The notes beneath the pieces were generated by a model that saw nothing but the letters and a program-made list of their open reading frames with translations, did not search any database and had not been told where the DNA came from. A stretch of DNA of 64,000 nt from an uncultured Chloroflexia bacterium (GTDB lineage: Bacteria > Chloroflexota > Limnocylindria > Limnocylindrales > CSP1-4): contig CAVVNZ010000004.1 of assembly GCA_963749735.1 (NCBI GenBank), positions 104,567-168,566 of the forward strand. Reading direction: 5' to 3'. The position numbers and the translations under genes were made by a program. Below, in pieces: positions 47,059 through 55,904 of the stretch; position 1 is the first letter of the stretch, and every line of letters starts with the position of its first letter.

Positions 47059-47472
47059 ATGTCCACGTCCGATGTCCGCATGCTTCGGATCGGCGAGGCC
47101 GCCGAGCTGCTCGGCGTGGGGGTGGACACGCTGCGACGCTGGGAGGCGGACGGCCGCCTCGAGACGGTCCGGACCGAGGGGGGCCAGCGGCTCGTCGCGC
47201 TCGGCGAGGTGAGCCGGCTCCTTGCCGAGCGACGGCGGTCAACCAGCGATCGCCCGATCGTCGCCCAGTCGGCGCGGAACCGCTTCAGCGGGATCGTCAC
47301 CCGCGTCGAGCGCGATGGCGTCGTCGCGGTGGTCGAAGTGCTGTCCGGACCCCATCGATTGGTCAGCCTGATGACCGCGGAGGCGGTCGACGATCTCGGA
47401 CTCGCCGTCGGGATCGAGGCCGTGTGTGTCATCAAGGCGACCCAGGTCATCGTCGAGATCCCAGCCGCCTGA
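47059..47472 (+). CDS. MerR/excisionase-type HTH fused to a TOBE/Mop molybdate-binding domain
   Basis: 137 aa. HTH (LRIGEAAELLGVGVDTLRRWEADGRL) plus TOBE (SARNRFSGIVTRVERDGVVAVVEV....AVCVIKATQVIV). Confidence 0.75.
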   Translation: MSTSDVRMLRIGEAAELLGVGVDTLRRWEADGRLETVRTEGGQRLVALGEVSRLLAERRRSTSDRPIVAQSARNRFSGIVTRVERDGVVAVVEVLSGPHRLVSLMTAEAVDDLGLAVGIEAVCVIKATQVIVEIPAA

Positions 47473-47486
47473 CGAAGGGGAGTCCC

Positions 47487-48359
47487 ATGTCCGCCTCCCG
47501 TCGGTTCAGTCTGCTCGTCGTCGTTGCCCTCCTGGCAGCGGCCTGCTCCAGCGGGGGTTCGAGTGCCGCTCCGTCCGCCGCGGCTACGGCGGCGCCGCCC
47601 ACCGCTGCGCCGTCGGTCGCGGCGTCGAGCGCGCCGAGCACGGCCGCCGAGGTGGATCTCACGGTCTATGGCGCCGCCTCGCTCAAGAAGGCGTTCGGTG
47701 ACATCAAGACCGCCTATGAAGCGGCGAACCCCGGCGTCAAGCTGACGATGTCGTTCGACGCCTCGAGCGCGCTCGAGACCCAGATCGAGCAGGGCGCCCC
47801 GGCCGACGTCTTCGCGTCCGCGGACACGAAGAACCCGCAGAAGCTGGTCGACGGCGGGTTCGCGACTGGACCGGTCACGAACTTCGCCGGCAACACGCTC
47901 ACGGTGATCGTTCCGGCGGCGAACCCGGCAGGCGTCACGACGCCCGCCGACCTGGCCAAGGCCGGCCTCAAGGTCGTCGGCGCCGGCGACGACGTGCCGA
48001 TCACGAAGTACGCCAACCAGCTGATCGACAACCTGGCCAAGCAGGCGGGCTATCCCGCCGACTTCGCGACCAAGGTCAAGTCGAACATCGTGTCCAAGGA
48101 GGACAACGTCGCGGCGGTCGTGTCGAAGGTCGAGCTCGGCGAGGGTGACGCGGCGATCGTCTACGTGACCGATGCAAAGGGCTCGTCCAAGGTGACGCCG
48201 GTCGCCGTGCCGGACGCCGCGAACGTCCCGGCGACGTATGGCGCCGTCCCGGTCAAGGCATCCAAGGGCCCCGCCGCTGCCGCCGCGTTCATCAGCTGGC
48301 TCGCCGGCACGGACGGCCAGGCCATCCTCGCCAAGTACGGGTTCCTCCCGCCATCGTGA
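47487..48359 (+). CDS. modA: molybdate ABC transporter substrate-binding lipoprotein
   Basis: Within ORF 47424..48359. Lipobox LLAAACSS. Contains LTVYGAASLKKAF..VFASADTKN..AAIVYVTDA. Confidence 0.85.
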   Translation: MSASRRFSLLVVVALLAAACSSGGSSAAPSAAATAAPPTAAPSVAASSAPSTAAEVDLTVYGAASLKKAFGDIKTAYEAANPGVKLTMSFDASSALETQIEQGAPADVFASADTKNPQKLVDGGFATGPVTNFAGNTLTVIVPAANPAGVTTPADLAKAGLKVVGAGDDVPITKYANQLIDNLAKQAGYPADFATKVKSNIVSKEDNVAAVVSKVELGEGDAAIVYVTDAKGSSKVTPVAVPDAANVPATYGAVPVKASKGPAAAAAFISWLAGTDGQAILAKYGFLPPS

Positions 48360-48378
48360 GCGCGGGGGAGCACCTCCG

Positions 48379-49248
48379 ATGACCGGACGTGCGGCCGCGC
48401 GACCGGGGCGGCGGCCGGCCATCCGGTCGGAGACGGGTTCGTCGGCGCAGTCGATCCCGCCCGTCGTGGTCGTCGTCGCGGCGATCGCCGTCGCGCTGCT
48501 GGCGCTGCCGGTGGTCGCGCTCCTCGCCAAGGCCCTGGTCGGCGGCGCCCTGGCCGGAGCGCTCAGCGACCCGGCGATCGTCGCCGCGCTGACACTGAGC
48601 CTGATCACGACCGGGGTGAGCCTGGTCATCACCGTCGTCCTCGGCATGCCGCTCGCGTTCGTGCTCGCCCGCCGCCGGTTTCCGGGTTCGTCGCTGGTCG
48701 AGGCGATCGTCGACCTGCCGATCGTCCTTCCGCCTTCGGTCGCCGGGCTCGCTCTGCTGCTCGCGGTCGGCCGACGGGGCCTACTGGGCGAGCCGCTCCA
48801 CGCGGTCGGGATCGAGCTGCCCTTCACGACCGTCGCGGTGATCCTGGCCCAGACCTTCGTGTCGGCGCCGTTCTTCATCCGCGCGGCGCGTTCCGGGTTC
48901 GTCGGGGTCGACTCCGACCTCGAGGACGCCGCGCGATGCGACGGTGCCGACGAGTGGGCGGTCGTCCGGCGGATCACCGTGCCGCTCGCCGGAGCGGCGC
49001 TCGCCTCCGGCCTGGTCCTCAGCTGGGCCCGGGCGATGGGGGAGTTCGGCGCCACGATCATGTTCGCCGGCAACGTCCAGGGTCTGACCCAGACGCTGCC
49101 GCTGGTGGTGTACTCCGAGTTCCAGTCGAGCCTCGACGCCTCGATCGCGGCCGCGGCCATCCTCGTCCTCGCGGCGCTCGGCGTCCTCCTCGCGGTCAGG
49201 ATCGTCCACTGGCGATCCGTCTTCGCCGGAAGCGCGGTCCTGCCGTGA
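48379..49248 (+). CDS. modB: molybdate ABC transporter permease
   Basis: Within ORF 48238..49248. Contains LPIVLPPSVAGLALLL and the EAA loop DLEDAARCDGADEWAVVRRITVPLA. Confidence 0.85.
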   Translation: MTGRAAARPGRRPAIRSETGSSAQSIPPVVVVVAAIAVALLALPVVALLAKALVGGALAGALSDPAIVAALTLSLITTGVSLVITVVLGMPLAFVLARRRFPGSSLVEAIVDLPIVLPPSVAGLALLLAVGRRGLLGEPLHAVGIELPFTTVAVILAQTFVSAPFFIRAARSGFVGVDSDLEDAARCDGADEWAVVRRITVPLAGAALASGLVLSWARAMGEFGATIMFAGNVQGLTQTLPLVVYSEFQSSLDASIAAAAILVLAALGVLLAVRIVHWRSVFAGSAVLP

Positions 49249-49324
49249 GCCACGCCCATCCGACCGGCCAGCGCTGCGGCTGCTGCGGGATGCCCGTGAT
49301 CGCGTCGCGTTGCGTCCGGACGAC

Positions 49325-50050
49325 ATGAGCCGACCGCTTCGGGTCTTCGCGGCCGGCTCGCTCCGTCCCGCCTTCGAACCGAGCCTGGTGGGGCCGACCG
49401 CATGGCCGGGCGGACCGGTCGACTTCCGGTACGCCAACGCCCGGGACCTCGCCCACGCGATCGAGCGCGGCGATCCTGCCGATGTCTTCGCCTCCGCCAG
49501 CTCGACCGATCCCGCTCGCCTCGAGGCCGCCGGTCGCCTGACCCGGGTCCTGCCCTTCGCGAGGAACCGGGTGGTCATCGGCGTCTCGACCGAGCAGGCG
49601 AGTCGGGTCGCCGACGTCGCCGACGTCGCCCGGCCCGGCACGCGGGTCGTGATCGAGATCGCCGGCGTCCCGCTCGGCGACTACACCCGCGAGGCCCTCC
49701 GACGCCTCGACCAGCCGGACCTGGCGGACGCGATCCTCTCCAACGTCGTCAGCGAGGAGGTCGACGTCGCGTCGGTCGTCGCTCGCCTGACCGACGGGTC
49801 GGCCGACGCCGGTTTCCTGTATCGGACGGACGTCCTGGCGGCCGACGACCGGCTGCGCGCCGTCGATCTTCCTCCGGGGGCCCAGGTCGAGGCGACGTAT
49901 TGGGTCGGCCTCGTCCGCGGGTTCGACCGCGGCGCTCAGGCCCGTTCATGGCAGGACTGGCTGCTCGGCCCGAGCGGTCGAGGGCTGCTCGAGGCCGCCG
50001 GTTTCGATGCCGTGGAGGCGGTGCTAGCATCCGGTCCGGCGGGGGAGTAG
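49325..50050 (+). CDS. ModA-like periplasmic-binding-fold protein lacking a signal peptide
   Basis: ORF 49310..50050 trimmed to MSRPLRVFAAGSL.. Contains DVFASASSTDPARL..AGFLYRTDV. It sits where modC would be expected, and its last 10 nt overlap the tRNA gene. Confidence 0.65.
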   Translation: MSRPLRVFAAGSLRPAFEPSLVGPTAWPGGPVDFRYANARDLAHAIERGDPADVFASASSTDPARLEAAGRLTRVLPFARNRVVIGVSTEQASRVADVADVARPGTRVVIEIAGVPLGDYTREALRRLDQPDLADAILSNVVSEEVDVASVVARLTDGSADAGFLYRTDVLAADDRLRAVDLPPGAQVEATYWVGLVRGFDRGAQARSWQDWLLGPSGRGLLEAAGFDAVEAVLASGPAGE

Positions 50051-50117
50051 CTCAGCGGTTGAGAGCAGCCGTCTTATACACGGCCGGTCCCTGGTTCGAA
50101 TCCAGGCTCCCCTACCA
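50041..50117 (+). tRNA. tRNA with anticodon TAT (tRNA-Ile, UAU), CCA encoded
   Basis: Hand-folded cloverleaf. Acceptor GGGGGAG/CTCCCCT (G1-U72 wobble), D arm GCTC-AGCGGTTGA-GAGC, anticodon arm GCCGT-CTTATAC-ACGGC (TAT at 50075-50077), variable loop CGGTC, T arm CCTGG-TTCGAAT-CCAGG, discriminator A, CCA. Confidence 0.85.
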
Positions 50118-50174
50118 GCCGTCCGGTCGGATCCGGCTGGCGACTTGGCCTAGTGGCGTGGTACGAATCGCGCC

Positions 50175-51458
50175 ATGACCGCGAGCGCCGCCACCGTCAG
50201 GCCGCGGTGGCACTACGCGTTCATCGTCGCGCTGGTCACGTTCGCCGTGATCATGGTCAGCGCCGGTGTTCGTGCCGTGCCCGGCGTGCTGATCAAGCCG
50301 TTCGAGGACGAGTACGGCTGGAACCGCGGCAGCATCTCGCTCGCGGTGGCGATCAGCATCCTCGCCTACGGCTTCGCGGCGCCGCTCGCCGGCGGCCTGA
50401 TCGATCGCTTCGGGCCGCGTCGGATCGCGGTGGCCGGCTGCGCCCTCATCGCCTGCGGTCTGCTGCCGATGCTGTGGATGACCCAGGAATGGCAGCTGTT
50501 CCTGTTCTGGGGCATCGTCGTCGGAGCCGGGACCGGCGCGATCGGGGGCGTCCTCGGGGCGACGATCGCCACCCGCTGGTTCCGGACGCATCGCGGGATG
50601 GTCGTCGGGCTGTTCGCCGCGGCGTCGTCGGCGGGCCAGCTCATCTTCCTGCCGTCGCTGGTCGCGCTGTCCGTCTCGAGCGGCTGGCGCGCCGCGATCG
50701 CCGCGCTCGCGATCGCCGTGATCGCCGTGACGATCCCGACGCTCTTCTTCCTGCGCGACCGCCCGTCGGATCTCGGCCTCCAGCCGTACGGAGACGACGG
50801 CTCGAAGGAAGCGGCCGAGCTGGAACGGACCGAAGCGGCCCACGGCTCGACCCTGCGTCAGGCCGCCCACACCCGTGACTTCTGGCTCCTCGCCTCGAGC
50901 TTCTTCGTCTGCGGGTTCACGTCGAACGGGCTGATCGGGACGCATCTGATCCCGCACGCGGTGGAGCACGGCTTCACCGAGGTCACCGCGGCGACCGCGG
51001 TCGGCCTGATGGGGATGATGAACGTCGTCGGGACGCTGGCCAGCGGCTGGCTGACCGACCGCTACGACAATCGGCGGTTGCTCGCCTTCTACTACGCGTT
51101 CCGGGCCCTGTCGATCGCCTTCCTGCCGGTGATCCTGGCCGTGCCGTGGCTGTTCGTGTTCGCCATCGTCTACGGCCTCGATTGGATCGCGACCGTGCCT
51201 CCGACCGTCAACCTCACGTCGCGTCTCTACGGCCGGGCGCACATGGGCACGATCTACGGCTGGATCTTCTGTTCGCACATGGTCGGGGCGGCGCTGGCCG
51301 CCTATCTCGGCGGCGCGGTCCACGACGCGCTCGGGGATTACACCTCGATGTTCCTGGCGGCGAGCCTGCTCGGGTTCATCGCCGCCGGGCTGGCGATGCG
51401 GATCTCCATCCCCGGCCGGCCCGACCGAACCCCGGAGGCGACCGCGGCCGTCGCCTAG
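50175..51458 (+). CDS. MFS transporter (oxalate/formate antiporter-like)
   Basis: 427 aa with 12 TM helices, in two halves joined by a charged loop (RDRPSDLGLQPYGDD). Contains the motif GGLIDRFGPRR. Confidence 0.85.
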   Translation: MTASAATVRPRWHYAFIVALVTFAVIMVSAGVRAVPGVLIKPFEDEYGWNRGSISLAVAISILAYGFAAPLAGGLIDRFGPRRIAVAGCALIACGLLPMLWMTQEWQLFLFWGIVVGAGTGAIGGVLGATIATRWFRTHRGMVVGLFAAASSAGQLIFLPSLVALSVSSGWRAAIAALAIAVIAVTIPTLFFLRDRPSDLGLQPYGDDGSKEAAELERTEAAHGSTLRQAAHTRDFWLLASSFFVCGFTSNGLIGTHLIPHAVEHGFTEVTAATAVGLMGMMNVVGTLASGWLTDRYDNRRLLAFYYAFRALSIAFLPVILAVPWLFVFAIVYGLDWIATVPPTVNLTSRLYGRAHMGTIYGWIFCSHMVGAALAAYLGGAVHDALGDYTSMFLAASLLGFIAAGLAMRISIPGRPDRTPEATAAVA

Positions 51459-51507
51459 CTCGTCGCCGCGGCCGGACGCCGCTCCGGTCCGGGCCGGGCC
51501 CGCATCG

Positions 51508-52428
51508 CTACCAGGGCAGGATCTGGCGAAGGGCGAACAGGACGTTGGCCGGGCGCTCGGCCAGGCGACGCATGTACCACGGGTACCAGTGCGCGCCGTA
51601 GGCGATCAGGCAGCGCACCTTGAACCCGCGGGCAGCGAGCTTGCGCTGCTGGTCGGTGCGGATCCCGTACAGCATCTCGATCTCGATCTGCCCGGGCTCG
51701 ACTCCGAGCGCATCCCCGGACCGGGCGAGCTGTTCGACGAGGTCGACGTCGTGCGTGCCGGCCTGGAAGCGCGCCCGTCCGTCCCGGACCGGCTCCAGGA
51801 AGCTGGTCGCGATCCCGAGGAATGCGGCGTCGACCTCGCGCTTGGCGCGGTAGGCGATCGTGGCCGGCTCGGCGTACGCGCCCTTGACCAGCCGGATCGC
51901 GGGTCGGATCGGGAGGAGTCGCTGGACATCGGCCGGCGTGCGGTGGAGATAGGCCTGGAGGCACAGGCCGACGTTGTCGTGGGTCGCCCGGACACGCTCG
52001 TAGAAGGCGATCGTCCCCTCCACGTAGTCGCTGCCCTCCATGTCGATCCAGGCGAAGGTGCCGATCTCGGCCGCCCGCCCGGCGATCGCCTCGAAATGAT
52101 GGAAGGCGGCCTCGACGTCCAGGTCGTAGCCGAGCTGGGTCAGCTTGATCGACACCTCGGCATCGAGCTTCCGTGCCCCGATCTCGTCGAGGACCGTCCG
52201 GTAGTGCGCGGCGACCGCGTCCGCTTCGCTGAGGTCGGATACGTTCTCGCCGAGCCGGGTGAACGCCGCCGTGACCCCGCCGGCCCGGGTCGTCTCCGCG
52301 GCCGTGATCGCCGACGCGAGGTCCTCGCCGGGCATGAAGCTGCGGACCGCGCGACGGACGAAGCGGAGGCGGGGCACGCGCTCCTTGAGCCAGGCGTTGC
52401 GCGCCATCCAGAGCAGGATCGTCCGCAT
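51508..52428 (-). CDS. monofunctional proline dehydrogenase
   Basis: 306 aa (SIKLTQLG..IDMEGS..CLQAYL..IRLVKGAY..THD..MLYGIR). Confidence 0.85.
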   Translation of the reverse strand: MRTILLWMARNAWLKERVPRLRFVRRAVRSFMPGEDLASAITAAETTRAGGVTAAFTRLGENVSDLSEADAVAAHYRTVLDEIGARKLDAEVSIKLTQLGYDLDVEAAFHHFEAIAGRAAEIGTFAWIDMEGSDYVEGTIAFYERVRATHDNVGLCLQAYLHRTPADVQRLLPIRPAIRLVKGAYAEPATIAYRAKREVDAAFLGIATSFLEPVRDGRARFQAGTHDVDLVEQLARSGDALGVEPGQIEIEMLYGIRTDQQRKLAARGFKVRCLIAYGAHWYPWYMRRLAERPANVLFALRQILPW

Positions 52429-52496
52429 CGTCGTCTACCCCGGGAGCGATCGTCGACCTCCGAAGAGTACCGCCGCCGCCGGGTATCCTGCGGCCC

Positions 52497-53321
52497 ATGA
52501 CCGACCCGCCGCCTCCGCCCGGCGATGGACCCTCGACGGCCGACGACGATCTCCCGGCGGTCGCCGATCTGACCGATCACGCGGCGTTCAATCGGGCCGC
52601 CTGGAACGCCAAGAGCGACGCGTACCAGGCCCACTCGGGTCCGCAGCTGGCGGCCAGCGGCGGCATGGCCTGGGGTGTCTGGCAGATCCCCGAGGCGGAG
52701 CTCCGGATCCTGGGCGACGTCACCGGCCGCGACATCCTCGAGCTGGGATGCGGCGCGGCGCAGTGGTCGATCGCCCTCGCCCGAGCCGGGGCCCGTCCGG
52801 TCGCGCTCGACCTGTCCGACGGCCAGCTGCAGGCCGCCGCCCGGCTCCAGGCCGAGGCCGGGGTCGCGTTCCCGCTCGTCCATGCCAGCGCGGAGTCCGT
52901 GCCCCTTCCGGATGCCGGCTTCGACATCGTCTTCTGCGATCACGGCGCGATGACCTTCGCCGACCCGTATCGGACGGTGCCCGAGGCGGCTCGACTCCTC
53001 CGACCCGGCGGGCTGCTGGCGTTCTGCCACGGCTCGCCGATCCTCGATCTCAGCTGGCCGGCCGACGCCGACGAGGCTGGCGACCGGCTGGTCCGCGACT
53101 ACTTCGGGCTCCACCGGATGGAGTTCCCGGACGAAGTCTCGTTCCAGCTGCCCTACGGCGAGTGGATCCGTCTGTTCCGGGCCAATGGCTTCGAGATCCT
53201 CGATCTCATCGAGCTGCGCCCGTCGCCCGACGCGACCAGCACGTACCGGGGCGATGCCGAGCGCGACTGGTCGCGGCGATGGCCGGCCGAGGAGATCTGG
53301 CGAGTCCGGCGCGCCGGCTGA
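52497..53321 (+). CDS. class I SAM-dependent methyltransferase
   Basis: 274 aa. Motif I ILELGCGAAQWS, followed by ..VALDLS.. and ..FDIVFCDHG..LLRPGGLL. Confidence 0.8.
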   Translation: MTDPPPPPGDGPSTADDDLPAVADLTDHAAFNRAAWNAKSDAYQAHSGPQLAASGGMAWGVWQIPEAELRILGDVTGRDILELGCGAAQWSIALARAGARPVALDLSDGQLQAAARLQAEAGVAFPLVHASAESVPLPDAGFDIVFCDHGAMTFADPYRTVPEAARLLRPGGLLAFCHGSPILDLSWPADADEAGDRLVRDYFGLHRMEFPDEVSFQLPYGEWIRLFRANGFEILDLIELRPSPDATSTYRGDAERDWSRRWPAEEIWRVRRAG

Positions 53322-53325
53322 ACGC

Positions 53326-54081
53326 TCAGACGACGGAGCGGAGGAGCTCGACGACCTGGGCTCGGCGCTCCGGCGTGAACCCGCGCTGGACCGGCAGGGA
53401 GTTCAGGTACGCCGGGATCGACTCCCGGGTGACGACGGCGCAGTTGGCGGTCCGCTTGATGAGCTCGTCGGACGAGACGACCGCGGCGTGGACGCGGACG
53501 ACGAAGCCCCGGTCCTCGGCGGTCAGCCAATGCCGGACGCGGTCCGCGCTCCGCACCGTCCGCTCGAGCGGGCTCTCGAGCGGGACCCAGCGGTCCTTGC
53601 CCACGCGGAGCTCCCACCGCCCGGCATCGACCCGGATCAGCGCCGCCGGTGGCGCCGGTTCGAAGACCGCGATCCCGTGCGGCCCAACGATGATCTCGGA
53701 CACGATCCGACCGTCCGGCAGGCGGACGTTCGTCGCCGCGGCGTAGTCCGATCCGAGGAGGCGGCTCAGCCCGACGACCGGGTGCGGTCTCGTCCGCAGC
53801 ATCGACGTCCGCTCGGCGACCCCCGCGAGCCAGGCGACGCCGGCGATCGCGGCCGTCGCGGGCGCGACGATGAGCAGGGTCCAGCCGATCACGCCGACCA
53901 CGACGCGGACGCCGCTCGAGCGCGGTTCCGGGATGAACGCCTGGCTGAACGGGGTCGCCAGGGCGAGGTAGGCCAGGACCACACCGAGCCCGACGAGGAG
54001 CAACCCGATGGTCACCCCGGTCACGACCGACAGGCGGGAGACCGACCGCGTCGGGGCGGGCTGGAAGACCTGCATGGCCAT
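53326..54081 (-). CDS. membrane protein with NERD-like domain
   Basis: 251 aa with two N-terminal TM helices. A C-terminal region (NVRLPDGRIVSEIIVGPHGIAVFE) resembles the NERD core. Confidence 0.55.
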   Translation of the reverse strand: MAMQVFQPAPTRSVSRLSVVTGVTIGLLLVGLGVVLAYLALATPFSQAFIPEPRSSGVRVVVGVIGWTLLIVAPATAAIAGVAWLAGVAERTSMLRTRPHPVVGLSRLLGSDYAAATNVRLPDGRIVSEIIVGPHGIAVFEPAPPAALIRVDAGRWELRVGKDRWVPLESPLERTVRSADRVRHWLTAEDRGFVVRVHAAVVSSDELIKRTANCAVVTRESIPAYLNSLPVQRGFTPERRAQVVELLRSVV

Positions 54082-54337
54082 CAGACTGCGGGCGCGTCGG
54101 GCGATCCGCCATCACCACTTCGGGGTATCGCGAGCGAGCCGTCCGGACCAGCCGGCGCCCCGGAATCCACCGGACCGCCCAGGTCGTTGTTCGCCCGCAC
54201 CGCCCGCCCGGACCGACGGCCGCCGTCGTCAGAGAAGTCCGTACCATTGCCCTCCGCCGCGGCCGGGGCCATGCTCCAGACAGCACCGGGCTTGTCTTCA
54301 TCCGTCTTCATCCGGGCCCGGGGCGGAGGTCTGATCC

Positions 54338-55865
54338 GTGCCGTTCGTGCACCGCCCAGCCGGGTGGCGGCACGCTCGACCATGGCTATCTGCCGTGGCC
54401 GTCGTGTTGCTCCTGCTCGCCGCGCTCGCCGGACCGGCGCTCGCCCAGAGCGGCTGGTCATCGTTGCGCGACGCCTCCGTCTCGCCGCGTCTCGGCCGCC
54501 CATCGACGACGATCCGCTTCGGTGTGACGTTCCGTGACCGCCAGGACCGCCCGCCGGCCGCCGTCCGGGTCCTGATCGACGGCGTTCCGCGGGCGATGGA
54601 ACCCGGCACGGCGGCCGGTTCGGACCATGGGTCGCCCTATGTCTTCGCGACCCGGCTGGCGGCCGGAGGACATCGGATCCGGTTCGACGCGACCGACGCC
54701 GACGGCCGACGACTGTCGGTCGACGGAGGCTCGGTCTGGATCAAGTCGACGGGTGGCGGGACGACCCCGACTTCGGGCTCGGGTACCGGACCCGAAGGTG
54801 GGACCCCGGGCACGCCCGGCGCCGGGGGCGGGGGGACCTCGCCGGAACCGACGGGCGCTCCGTCGGGCGGCAGCACGACCCCGGCGCCGACGAAGGGTGG
54901 CTCGCACGACGCAGCGGACAAGGGCACCGGCAGTCGGAGCGGACACCCACCGGCCGGTTCTCACGACCAGACGCCCGGGCGAGCCGGGTCGGGACCCGCC
55001 GTCAAGGTGCCGGCCCGCCCTGACCCGGTCGTCGCCGATCCGTCGACCGGGCCGACCGTCGGGCGTCGTGCCGCCTCCGGGTTCCCTTGCCGAGAGCCCG
55101 ACCGACGACGCGCCGGGGATCCAGCCGTTGGACACCGGTCCGGGTCGACGGACGCCGCTCGGGCCGGATGGCGGCCAGTCGGCCCCGAGCGGGCTGGAGC
55201 AGCTCGGGCTCGGCGGCGGTCCGTTCGACCAGGTCTTCCGCGCCTATCCCGTCCTGATCACGACCAGCGGGACGGCCGTGGTCTGGGCCGCATTCGTGAT
55301 CTTCGGAAAGCGTCGCCGTGACGGCGAGCCGCCCGCCCCCGACGAGGTCCTGGCCGTCCACGCTGCGACCGGCCTGGCGCCGCTTCCGGCGGCCGACCTG
55401 GTGCCACCCGTCGCGCAGCGCCAGCTGCCTCCCGGCGTCGAACCGGACGAGGCGGACCTCCCTCGCTGGCGGCGACCCTCCCTGCTCCAGGCGCGCAAGG
55501 CCGACCCGCTCCGGATGGCCTCGACCGCGGTCAGCCTCAGCTTCGGCGACATGACGGTCGGCGCGAGCGGGCCCGGCGAGGGCGAGCGGCGGCGCATCCG
55601 CTATCGGCTCGTGCGCCTGCTCGACGTCCCCGATGAAGCGACCGGTCGCGAGCTGGCGGTGCTCGATGCGGGCGATGAAGTCCAGATCGTCGAGGAGTAC
55701 GGCATCTACCGGCTCGTCCTGTGCCCCGATGGGACCCGCGGCTGGCTCCACAAGATGGTGCTCGGAGAGCTCGTCGGGGAGGACCTCACGATGGATGGCG
55801 TCCCCGACGGCCTCGACGAGGATGTGCTCACGGCCTTCCTCGCGGCGAGGCGGCAGACCGCCTGA
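54338..55865 (+). pseudogene. secreted-domain / PT-linker / TM / SH3-like protein, apparently split across two frames near 55000-55070
   Basis: ORF 54338.. gives a signal peptide (AVVLLLLAALAGPALAQS), a beta-rich domain and a P/T/G linker, then GC3 falls. The coding-like continuation (..FRAYPVLITTSGTAVVWAAFVIFGKRRRD...GDEVQIVEEYGIYRLVLCPDGTRGWLHKMVL) is in the frame of ORF 54627..55865. An independent GTG start at 55068 is possible. Confidence 0.5.
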
Positions 55866-55904
55866 CCGGCGGCATCCGCCGCGACGACCGCCGGTCCCGC
55901 CGGA

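Noticed and set aside
47046-49403. 785-aa minus-strand ORF across the mod locus, and 9185..11209 (674 aa) across fumC
   Set aside because: Both are antisense to motif-supported genes, with low-complexity arginine- and proline-rich translations.
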